Origin: Octopus vulgaris
Lineage: Eukaryota
Reading direction: 5' to 3'
DNA: 64,000 bases
Assembly (NCBI GenBank): GCA_951406725.2
Contig: OX597816.1
Coordinates: 89,342,001 to 89,406,000, forward strand
Shown here: in pieces, positions 52,040-64,000 of the stretch
How positions within the stretch are numbered: the first letter of the stretch is position 1
How the letters are laid out: the number at the start of each line of letters is the position of its first letter
Position numbers and translations under genes: made by a program
Notes under the pieces: model-generated
The model's input: the letters and a program-made list of their open reading frames with translations, nothing else
Told to the model about the DNA's origin: nothing
Databases searched by the model: none

Positions 52040-53226
52040 TATATGTGTGTGTGTGTGTGCGTGTATATACACACACGTACACACATTTATATATATATGT
52101 GTATTATGCGTATAAACGCGTAATATTCTATTTGTGTTAATACTTATATATGTCAGTATTACACGTACATGCATCAATGGTTCAGTGTTTACTTGAATGT
52201 ACATTTCATACAGAAGCGCACACACGTGTGTGTATGTGTGTTTGTGCGTGCGTGTGTGTATGCGTGTTTGTGTGTGGGTGGGTGCATATGTGAGTGTATG
52301 CGTATGTGTGTGTGTGAGGTGTATAAATGAGTGTCTCACCTATGTTAAGAGGAAGAATGTATATGGGATGTTTTGGATGGACAAATTTCATCGTCTCTTG
52401 TATATGTATGCCGTCGAATCTTGTATATGTATGTGTATGTATATAGAGAATTATATAAAATTATATATGTATATATACATATTACAACACATACACACAC
52501 ATTTAGACGCCAAATTCTCGGAACACCATCTATATGTTTTTTTCTTCTGCACGCATCCTTTTCTCTAGTGCAAATTTGCAACTACTACAAATTACATAAA
52601 GAAACTAGGTCTTGTCCTGGTCTCCAGTAGAAGCACAGAAGCACTTTTCATATGCGACATAATATTTGGACAATGTGAAATAATACTTTTACTTAGAGTC
52701 AATATAATATCCATAAACATAATACAAGCAGTCAACAGATATCTTAAAGTATCTAGAAGCTATCATTATGCTATCTGTAACAATCAAACACAAACCCGAA
52801 TGCAGCGTAGATAAGGGAAACACTGCTGACTTGAACAAAACCTTGAAAACATCGTGATTCTTCTTTTAAATATTCTTCTCGCAACAAATCTTACAGCTTC
52901 AAAATACAACTTACTTGAATACTTCTAAAACACTATTAATATATACTATCGGCAATAAAATGTTCCAGAACAATTGATCAAATATTCTATGAAACGTAAA
53001 CATACTTTGTTGAACTTTTCCAGAGAGTTTTTCTTTTTAGGATGTTCGCATAACAGTATCCCGTCTTGGGGCATAGATATTTCTGCATAAATATTTCAAT
53101 GAATCTGCATTAGTAAAACCTTCCATTTGTTTTATCCTGGGAAGGTTTTAGATAGAAATTATGTCTGATACGACTGTAAATTCGATATAGACAATGTTAT
53201 ATTATGGCAGAAAATAATTCTAGATA

Positions 53227-53390
53227 GGTGCAAGAGTGGCTGTGTGATAGGAAGCTTACTTCCCAACCGCCGATAGAATATGTACTAGGCTTACAAAGAA
53301 TAAGTCCTGGGGTCGATTTGGCGACTAAAGGCGGTGTTCCAGCATGGCTGCAGTCAAATGACTGGAACAAGTAAAAGAATAAAAGAATAA
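53227..53390 (+). mobile_element. SINE family B, internally deleted
   Basis: Head ggtgcaagagtggctgtgtgataggaagcttacttcccaacc is joined directly to the 3' region ccgatagaata...gtaaaagaataaaagaa. Confidence 0.85.
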
Positions 53391-54341
53391 TTGACAAAAT
53401 ACTGGTAAGAAACAAATTCAGCATGATGGAAATATACAAGAAACATACAAAATTCCATGCAAAATATAAGCCAACTTGTAACTGTCAAATTACACGCACC
53501 GCTTTTCTAAGGGCATCTTGCCTTTCTAAATACAAAGTAAACCGAGTAACTATTAAATATTTGGACGACATTGAAAGAATTTATTGGGATGTAACATCGA
53601 GCATTTCTATATCTCCAATTTCTTCAGGTTAGGTATCACGTAATATTTTGCTGCACTGTTACAATTATTCTGAAAACAATCGGTTGGAGGAGTAACATGC
53701 CTTCTAACAACCTGGCACCTGGTTGATAGAGCCATTTCAAACATTAACGGGTCAGGAACTACAAATTTTGCCTGACTAAATTGCGATACTACATAAGCGG
53801 AGATAAGAGGAATTGTTCAGTGCCACATCCTAAGAAGGTTCTTTTCGGAAAACATCCAGCCTGAGGAAAATCTCAGTTTATAAAATCAGCTTTGGTAAGT
53901 TCTAGCTATCCAGCCATAGGATGAATTACATCGACAGTGGCAGAACTCCCTCTACATCACTATAATACAAGAACAGAATACCTTACCATCGGCAACGAAT
54001 CCGATCATGTAGACAGCATTAACTTTCCAGTGAAATGGCTTGGATAGCATGATGCATTAAGTTGGTTTTCACCATTATTTACAGTATAGTCGAAAGTCAC
54101 ATATATGCATCCTCTGTGCGTGTGCGAAACTCTGAGTAACGATTACATGAGTCACTCACTGGCTACATTGACTCAGTACTGTTCTTTCGTTTACATACAA
54201 AATATAAATATGAAAATACACATATATACACACATGTATATATGTATGTGTATATATATGGAGAGAGAGAGAGAATTATATAAAATTATAAATGTATATA
54301 TACATACATATTACAGCACATACACACACAACATATGTGCA

Positions 54342-54389
<48 letters not shown>

Positions 54390-54729
54390 CGTGTGTATTC
54401 ATTTATTGCACTAAACTTAATCAAATAAAGGTGTATTTCATACGGGTGTTTTTCTTGAAAGTTATTAGATTAACACAATCGCAACATGCCTACAATTAAT
54501 CCGAAAACAAAAATTTAACAATCCTAGAACACACGTATGCACACACGACACACGCACACACCATGCATATACATTATATATGTATATATATATATATATA
54601 TATACACACACAAACTCATGCAGGACTCATATATAATTACTTCTTCAAAAGAAAATTCACTGGTACAAAACAGAAACATAAATGCATACATAAATACACA
54701 CACACACACACATACACACATATGTATAC

Positions 54730-54762
<33 letters not shown>

Positions 54763-55230
54763 CCCATTCCTTCATACACGTATACATTTACATACACACG
54801 TGCAAATAGATATGATCACCCACACGGACGCACACATATACGTGTATGTGCGCACGCGTATGAGAGTGTGTTGTGCGCGCGCGAATGTAAGTGTGTGTGT
54901 GTGTATGTGTTGTGTAAGTGTGTGTGCGTATGTATAAGGAAAGAAAATCCATACTTAGGCAGTTGCACAGATGCATTGTAGCACCTGCATATTTATATAA
55001 TCACAAGTCTATTAAAATCAGAAAATAAAATCAATACCTACTTCCTGTCTAACTGCCTGTAATGGAGCATGCAATCCAAATTCCATCAAATTGCCTCGCT
55101 CACTGTCAGCTTTTTCACCAGAAAAATCGACATGCTTCCGGAAACTACTGAATATGTGCACATGCATATGTATGCCTGTGCTCATGTTTACGAGTGTGTG
55201 CGTGTGTATACACGCATGCGTGTGTTTGTA

Positions 55231-55275
<45 letters not shown>

Positions 55276-55368
55276 ATATATATGCATGCATGCATTTGTA
55301 TACATATATATATATTTCATTTACATATACATATGTGTGTATGAGTATGTACGGACATATATATGCAT

Positions 55369-55424
<56 letters not shown>

Positions 55425-55676
55425 TGATAGACAGAAAATCATGTATGTATGTATGTATGTATGTGAACGAGTGCGCATTGGTATACTTTGGATATGCTAT
55501 AGTTTAAATTTATGAGGTATCTATACAACCAGATGTATATAAATAAAATGTGTGGTACATACATATACGTGCACAGAGATGCACACATGTGTAACTTTCT
55601 GTGTGTGCATGTGTTTGTGTTTGTGTGTATGTGTCTTTGTTTGTTTGACAGGAGAGAGGACAAATAGAGGAAGTGT

Positions 55677-55711
<35 letters not shown>

Positions 55712-56434
55712 CTCTGAAAGGTGAGAGCTGATTTATGTATTTATATTACTATATTACAACGATAAATATCTCTCCTAGCCATTTTGTCTCATAATGTTGG
55801 TAATTTAGCTCCGGATTTGAGCAGCGTTAAACAGATGAGAAACGACTCTTCTGCTGGATAGGATGCAAATTTACTGCAGGTAGCATTCCCGGAAGTTCTT
55901 TTATCGATTCCTACTTAAATAAACTGAAAATATAGACTGAGTATCCTGAAGAGACTTAATGAAAAATTGCGACATATATGAACGCAATAACCATGTTTCG
56001 GTAATCAAATCCCTTATCTACTCGGCCAATTTCTCTTCATTTTTATCATAAAAGTTCTTGTTTTTTTTTTTTATCTATAACGCTGAAATTTCAAATCGGA
56101 GCCAATATTCCTTCCCTGAATATAAATGAGTCAAATGAGTTTTTCTTATTTTTTTCATACTTTTTATTTCTCTTTTAAAAAAATTAGTTTTTTTTTCTAT
56201 GTTTCTTTCTGTATATCAGCTAGCTTGGTTCTTACAGAGCTACCTTCGCGCCACAGGTTTTCTGATGTATTATCACGCAGAGCTAATCGGACTACCCAAC
56301 GAGAACATCATTATTATTTATCTAAATATTAATTCTTTATATACATACACACACACACATATATTTATATGTATATATATATATATATATATATTATTAT
56401 TATTATTATTATTCACACACACACACATATATAT

Positions 56435-56488
<54 letters not shown>

Positions 56489-59067
56489 ATATACACGCAC
56501 TGACATCATTCTGTATTATTATATTGCTATTTCGCAACATGTCATACGCTCGGTAATTGATAATGTGAAAGTTTAAAATAAAAACAAAGAATGCAAAAAC
56601 AAATCGGAAATATCTTTAAGTCGCCAATTTTTATTAAACTATATTTCTAACAATGAATGGTGAGATGAAATCGATGCTTTCTTCGCCCGCTCTTTCCTTT
56701 ATCATTATACGGAATATATGCAGACATATAATGACAGACACTTGACTGCTGAACATGCCTTTGAATCTTAAACGCACGCACCACCGTCGTAGTCGATATC
56801 ATTCTAATTGAGTAAGACATCCATCTGGTGGTTATCTTGCAAGATGAGTTTAACATAAATTGTAAATCAGTCAAAAGCTGCTGATCACTCGTCACACGCA
56901 ACATGCATACTAAATCAGGATCTAGATCAAATAACAAATGTTATCGGAGAAGACTGACTGACTGGTGCAAGCAAGACGTTGAGTATTGAAGTGGTTTCAT
57001 ATTACATTATTTAGATCTCTAGCAGCTTTTGAACCTGGTAGCAACGGAAAATAACAAAATTAATTTCTCTCGTTGATTACAAACTATTGCTGATGCCTAC
57101 TGCTGTTGCTGTAGTTTAACTCCAAGTCGAAGCTGACTGAGTCGAAGCAACCTCAAAAGCAATCCAGCTGGCATCATCTCGTTGTAATTTTTATATATTT
57201 GTTCCTTGTATTATGAGTCCATCATCTTTTTGAGAACAAAAGGGCGTGACTAGAGAAAGATTCTATTGTTATTTCTTGATCTAGCTACAACACATATGTT
57301 CCTTCGTTCTCTTCCAGCTTACAGTGATGACTTCTGCCAAAATGCGATACATGTTTACATATATGTACACTAACTGTAATATACTAGTACCTGTTTATTA
57401 TACATTACATTTTCTTCTATAATGATCACTAATGTAAGCTGGATAATTCGGTAGCTCGAGACTTCGAATTAGATGTAAACATAGAAAAATAAGTCCACTG
57501 CGCATGTGAAAAAACCTACAGATGTGATTATACATGATCACTCGACCGGCTCTATGTATCCACTAGAACAAGGGAAATTTTTGGTAGGCATTTCCAGTAA
57601 GTTTAAAGATCACTTAGAGCTCTACTTTTGACTTAAGCCAAACTTCTTTTAGTTTGATATGATTTACCAAGCATATTTTCGCAGCTTTCTGAATACTACT
57701 AATGATATCTTATCACTGAGGTTCAAGGAACTCTCAAATATCAATTTTATATTCTTCTTTATGAATATACCCATTCCTATACTAATCTGTCACTCGGATT
57801 TCATCACCATCCCTTGATATCAACATCTTCTCCTGGACGCATTTATAATGTTCATTTTTATAAACATTTGGTTCAAATCAATATGGATAGGTTCATATCG
57901 TGATATGCTGCTTTCCTCTGCATCTTCATTAAGCATAGTGTATCTTCATTAAGCAAAGAGTGTTGTTGTTGTTTGTCCTCATCGTGAGGATCCCTTCCAT
58001 TTTATACCACGGATCTCATTGCCTAAAGTTTTCTTTTCCTTTTTAAGACCATAGCATGTGATTTTAGATATTTGGCTGCTATTTTTGGTAATTGGGTTGA
58101 CACATAGAATGCTTCTCGTGGGTTTGTTCCATAGTTTCAGGTCTACGCTGATCGAACTGAAGTATAACTTAAAATATTTCAGAGTCATCAGTGATACAAC
58201 AGTAGAGATCTTCCACCAAATACGACTTGATCCCGATCTTAAGACTACCGTCTCATGCAGCTAGTAATCACCCTTATAATCTGAGTTACTCACCAGTGGT
58301 GAAATACTTCCATCGCGTTTCAGGATTTGGCCTTCATCAAACGAAGGTCAAACCATAAATCATTATATTTTTCACTCTAAATAAAATTATCGAACTACCC
58401 GACAAAATTTTCATAAGCAAATTTGGCATATTTGTTAGCTAATACGAACGTACGAATCGTCAACTAGAATCACACTGCTCTATACACCTAGATAAATCCA
58501 TACAAACCTAGGATATAATTCTTCCATTATAGCAAGGAAGTTGTCTTCGTAAAGAAAAGAAAAAATGGCCGGTAGTTCAGAATTCTATTCTAATATCATT
58601 ATGTATTAATCGCAGTTGCATACAACGGAATAAATCATAAATCATAGGTATATTTTCATTTTTTCTATTGTTATCCTAGAAGTTTTTCTCGAAGTTGTTC
58701 AAAATTTTATATATTGAATTTTACTTTATAAAATATTATACCAAACATAAAATTCTAGAGATAAATATATAAAATATCCATGCTGAAACCTTGGATCTTA
58801 CACACACACGCGCACACACACATGTGTACATGAATGCGTATATGAATACACATTTATATATGTACATATGTATACCTGTACATATGTATGTATCTATAAC
58901 TGAAATGCACATTTAGAATATATGTAAAACAAGCATATATAGTTATATACATATATACATATATATATGCACATGCATATGCATGTATACATACGCATGC
59001 ATATACGTATATATTCATGTGTATATAAATATATATATGTGTGCATATGTATACACACACATACACT

Positions 59068-59259
<192 letters not shown>

Positions 59260-59938
59260 GCATATAAAAGAAAATGTATTTAACTTAACCGTCATAAATT
59301 TCTTCTAATTCCCGAAGAAAAATGTAAGAGAAATCGAAAATATTCCACCTACCTTTGCAAGAAAATGTATGTAATAAACTAAAGGAAATTAACTAAAAGT
59401 GACATAATTCTTTAAAATATTCTTTTCTTTTTAGTTGTATTTCCATTAAGTGTTTATGTTTCTAGTGCTTTTTTTTTCCGTTACAAAACTGTGGTGAGAA
59501 AAATAGGTTTCTATGAATATAATATTTCGATGAGAAACTAAAGATGGGGAATGAATTTTTTAAAAAGAAAAAGAAAAAAGAAATTATTATTATATATTTA
59601 AAAAATACGTAGTAGATACAGAAGCAGTAGTTATGTAGAGTGCCTGTGTATATGTGTGTGTGTGTGTGTATGTGTATGTGTGTCTGCATGTGTATGTGTG
59701 GAGAAGGTATACAGGTATGTCAGTTCACACACACAAACACATACACAAATATATGTGAGTGTGTGTTAACATATATGTATGTATGTATGTACGTATGTAT
59801 GTATGTATGTATGTATGTATGTATGTATGTATGTAGGGACGTACGTACAGTTTAATATCTTAACGAATAAACTATAAAATTTCGTATATGTAAATAGTTA
59901 TGTATGTGATAAATCGTCAAACAATAACCATGCAAAGA

Positions 59939-60008
<70 letters not shown>

Positions 60009-60480
60009 GTATGTATAGAAAAATAGATACAGATATTAATAGAAGGAAAGATGATGATCCATAGCTCTTCTTTACATCTGATTCAAAAATTCAGACGTAG
60101 ATAATGGTGCAATAAAACAGAGAAAAACAAAAGTTGATATTTAACATATCCCTAACCCTTTTTGCCAGTTGAAGGAAGGCATATACAATATATATTTATG
60201 TAACATTTTTATAAAAGTTCTGAAGGTATACCATGATTATCTTCTTCCCTCTGAATGTATGTCTCTGTATCATATACAAATTTCATATGATCTATATCTA
60301 CTTGACTCTCTTTTGTCTTTATTTTTATATGCTCGACCAGTGAATGTTACCTTACAAACTTTTGTTCCACTGGACTATTTTACCATGATTAAGACGCTGG
60401 ATTTTTAGAAACAAATCTTGTTCGAGCAGCATTCATTCCGTTCTTCATCTACTCTGCCACTGCGACATCTCCTTACCCAT

Positions 60481-60528
<48 letters not shown>

Positions 60529-60533
<5 letters not shown>

Positions 60534-60658
60534 GAATTTTTTGGGTAATAAGATAAAAAAAACCAAGGGTGTATAGATATTAGAGCATTTATAGATAAAT
60601 GCTCTAATGTCTACACAGACTTAGTTTCTTTTATCTCATTGCGCAAAAAAATCGTATA
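60529..60658. repeat. Fold-back palindrome adjoining (TA)n
   Basis: tatacgaattttttgggtaataagataaaa..ccaagggtgtatagatattagagcattta pairs with taaatgctctaatgtctacacagacttagtttcttttatctcattgcgcaaaaaaatcgtata. Confidence 0.9.
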
Positions 60659-60817
60659 TACATACGCTGACAAAGAACCAACGGTGAACCTTTTATTCGC
60701 AATATTACCGAATCTGGAACCTAACTATGGTCTGTCTATTGCAGTTATTCAGCATTACCTGACACCTTTGAGTCTCAATGATGCCCTTATCTCTTATATA
60801 TATATATGGGGGGGGGG

Positions 60818-60855
<38 letters not shown>

Positions 60856-61419
60856 ATAAGCATTTCCTTCAGTAGCGTAATAAATACCAGAAACTATCTA
60901 AATACTCACCCTGGTGATCAAATCATTGCAGATGTACATACTAAGGAAACTACCAACAATTTAAAGAAAATAAATAATGTTGATAACAAGACGAGGACCT
61001 GAAAAAAATTGAAGAACAAATAATCGCTGAATGGATCAACATCTTAAATATGGACATGAAGGAAATTAGAGACCTTCCTAAAATTCACAATAGTGAAAAC
61101 AATGAATAGGATAGAAGACAGTGGAGATGTTCATCAAAACGTATAAAATTAAATTATAAGCAAATTATTAAAAAGTATTAAAAAGAAAATTATAAGCAAA
61201 TTATTAAAAGGAAGTATCAACAAAGAAAAATATTCGGCTGTCACTTCCAGGTCCTACAGGGGCTTGCTGTGAATGGGACCGTACATTCGGGACAAATTCA
61301 ATACTCTTTCTATAAATTTACATATTTTACCTGTACTGCCATGCTTGTCGCTGTTCTTGAGATGTTTCTATCGTTTGTCTGATATGTATGTGTGTTCTTT
61401 TCTTTTCTTTTTTTTGTAG

Positions 61420-61800
61420 ATAGATATGATTCTTACATCTTTGCATTATTACATCACTGCTTTTATATGACTCTATTGTGTGAAAATGCAGAACAATGCT
61501 ATTGTTTTAATGTTATGTGGTTGAGGCAATCAAAGTATATTGTCTCTATATATTTAGCTGCATCGGTGCACCCATTTTGTTGCAGTTTTTGTGCTGTTAA
61601 CTGCCATATAATAGTTTATTCTATTGTTATGTGTTTATTCTTAGAAATATTTTCTAGTTCTTTCAGGGAAGTAGTTTCGTTTGCTGCAATTGAAATATCT
61701 ATAATCATAAATGTTTTGTTTCTACGCCCCTTCATAATGGTCTCTGGTCTTTTGACTTCATCACTTTGTTAATATACAACTGTTTCTCATTTTATTATCG
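61420..61800 (-). pseudogene. Very old R4/Dong RLE-domain remnant
   Basis: KRPETIMK...FMIIDISIAANETTSLKELENISK (cf. RPDI..IDVSIP..KE.EK.SKY). Confidence 0.55.
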
Positions 61801-62739
61801 TTATTGTATTTGTTATAGGAGGAAAGCAGGAAGTAAAATTATTCCATCTGTTATCCTGTTCCAAGTTTTGTAGGCTTGCCAATGTTGATGCCAATTTGAA
61901 TAGCTAACAACACTATTGAACCTCTTCGTGTACTCTTTTTTATATATATTAATGAGGCAGCCCCATACAATATGGTCGATTATTTGAAGGAGTGTGAGAA
62001 AGAAGAAAACACAATAGAAGTAAGGAGAAATGAAAAGAAAAAGAAACGAGAATGACTGAGGCAGTTGTATTCTGTTACAGCACAATTTATCTGTAAGACT
62101 TGAAAACGAAAACAAAAATGAAACCCTAGTAAGAAAAATATTGTAAAGATACGTTAAAGAAAACCAAAATTTTAAAGGCGATGTGTAAAATAAATACAGC
62201 CAATGAGGAAGAGAAAAGAAATAGACAAGAACAGTTGCAAACGTGATGAGAACAAGGTTATTTGTCAAATACAAGTTGGGTCAGTGATAGAGAATATCAA
62301 AACGGCAATCTGTAAACGGAAAACATAATTGAGTAATTATTCCAAGAAATTGCTTTAGGCATAGCAAAATAGCAGAGAAATGTAAGGAAAGAAAAGTAGG
62401 AAATATAGTGTTAAAGTTTCTTGTGTATTTCTGGCACATGTATTTCTTTGCCGTGCATTTTTTGTTCATGTTATAGTTGCATGTTGCTGTTGTTTCTTCG
62501 TTTCTTGTAATTGTTGTCCTTTTAAACGACGACGAAGATGGTAGTGGTGGTGGTGGTGCTGCTGCTGCTGCTAGTGGTGATGAAAACCAGGTGCGAGACT
62601 ACGATGTCGATGATAGTCATTTGTTTATCTCAAGTAGTGGCACTCACAACAACCTCTACTTTATGCAAGACTTCGGAGAGACAGAGAGAGAGAGGCGGGG
62701 AGAGAGAGCGAGAGAGAGTCGGTAACAAATGTGGTTTCA

Positions 62740-63145
62740 GTGTCACGCTAATCAATTTGTTTCCGGTCGGATAGATCATCGCCACTTGGCGGCTATCGCC
62801 GGGCAGCAGAGTCTGTTCGATGTTCAGATAAAATGACCACCAAACGGAACCGTTTCGAATGACTTGCTCGGTCTGTCAAGATTGAATTTTCGCATTTGTT
62901 CTGTATATATTGATTTTCGAACCACAACTACAGAAACTGAACGATTTAAGGAGAAATTTGCTCGAACTGGGACAAGGAGGAGCCATGTTTCCACATGCCA
63001 GCAACATCTCCCTAATTATAGTAGCAGACAACACAGAAGTCAAGATGTTCGACCTTAATCTAAAGGAATACGAGACAATGACAAAAGCAAGGTGACACTT
63101 GGATACGTCGGTGGACTTTGGACCGAACAGATGACCCAGATAAGT
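62740..63145 (+). pseudogene. L1/Tx1-like RT remnant
   Basis: RIDHRHLAAI, SVCQD..LYILIFEPQLQKL (cf. SVRQGCPLSPLLYVL.LEPLLRKL) and LKEYETMTKA. Confidence 0.6.
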
Positions 63146-63230
63146 TACAGTTAAATTCTATATTTAAGAGATGAGGAATTACGTACACTCTTTACATTAT
63201 TTACATTTGACGGGTTATTATTATTATTCA

Positions 63231-63305
63231 GGTCAATGCCTGGAATCGAACTCGGAATCTTGGGGTTAGTAGCTCGCGCTATTGACCACTATGCCATATG
63301 CTCGT
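63231..63305 (-). mobile_element. tRNA-like Pol III unit (not a functional tRNA) inside an inverted-repeat element
   Basis: A-box tggcatagtgg and B-box gagttcgattcc. Anticodon and acceptor stems pair poorly. Followed by an (aat)n tail. Confidence 0.75.
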
Positions 63306-63466
63306 GAGCAATTATGGAGTGATTTATAAGATCTAAAATATCCGTCAAATGTAAATAATGTACATCATCTCTTAAATAAAGAACTGTATTACAGACGTTA
63401 CATATTCCATATGCTACTACCTTATTATTGGTTTCAATAATAGAAGGCCAGTAATGAATAATAATA

Positions 63467-63548
63467 GAACCCCGAGAACGTAAAGACGGACAAAATGCCG
63501 CTAAGCATTTTGCCCTGTGTGCTAACGATTCTGCCAGCTCGTTGCTTT
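63467..63548 (-). mobile_element. SINE family C, 5' head
   Basis: aagcaacgagctggcagaatcgttagcacacagggcaaaatgcttagcggcattttgtccgtctttacgttctcggggttc. Confidence 0.8.
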
Positions 63549-63937
63549 GTACCGCCTTAATATTGCGTCGTATTCCATTCCTCAAAAGTTCACTTCTTAT
63601 AAAAAGAACCAATTCCACTGGTCAGGTGGTCTTTCTCTGTTGAGAGATTCGACATATCGTAACAGGTAACGCATTGACATGAGCTGAGGTAGTGGCAGCT
63701 ACAAAAATTCCAAGACGGCGAGCAGGCTTAGTTGCTTTTGCCAGACACGAATTTTTTTTTCGAAGTTCGTCTCTTCGCTGAAGTCATTTTGTCAAACGTC
63801 TGAGGTTATTTATTTTCTGTATTGTTTTATTTTTGCAAAACCCTATAATGTGCTCAATTTTTTCTACTGTCCTCACTGTCTTTAAACCTTTGTATTTAAT
63901 AAAGGTCATCATCACCATAAACTTCATCATCTTGATT

Positions 63938-64000
63938 AAAGCTGCGAGGTGGCAAAATTGATAGCACGCCGGACAAAGTGCTTAGCGACATTTCGTTCGT
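63938..64000 (+). mobile_element. SINE family C head, truncated by the window end
   Basis: aaagctgcgaggtggcaaaattgatagcacgccggacaaagtgcttagcgacatttcgttcgt. Confidence 0.75.

Noticed and set aside
60900-61380. Possible R4 N-terminal region remnants
   Set aside because: Similarity (IIAEWINI..DLPKI) is suggestive but too decayed to delimit without an alignment.

Overview
AT-rich, microsatellite-dense animal DNA with no intact host gene or prokaryotic feature that I can support. The SINE families match what I recall of octopus repeats, so an octopod cephalopod source is likely (inference). Nearly all listed ORFs are simple-repeat artefacts. The recognisable content is mobile DNA: (i) a near full-length, disrupted R4/Dong-clade non-LTR retrotransposon (RT, CCHC finger, restriction-like endonuclease) in a (TAA)n tract, with a tandem-repeat 5' end and a second subfamily copy head-to-tail; (ii) a 6-kb co-oriented stack of further R4/Dong-type fragments separated by TAA-derived microsatellites, including a 0.56-kb compressed non-coding derivative; (iii) mariner, Tc1, L1/Tx1-like and possible hAT remnants; (iv) at least three tRNA-derived SINE families with apparent head/tail swapping; (v) local tandem duplications of 1-1.6 kb. 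The less ordinary signals are a near-canonical type I hammerhead ribozyme motif (25807-25880), weaker hammerhead relics, several long fold-back palindromes beside (TA)n tracts, a tRNA-like Pol III unit inside inverted repeats, an isolated 10+11-bp pseudoknot, and a CRE/CCAAT/X-box motif cluster. All calls were made by eye and boundaries are approximate.
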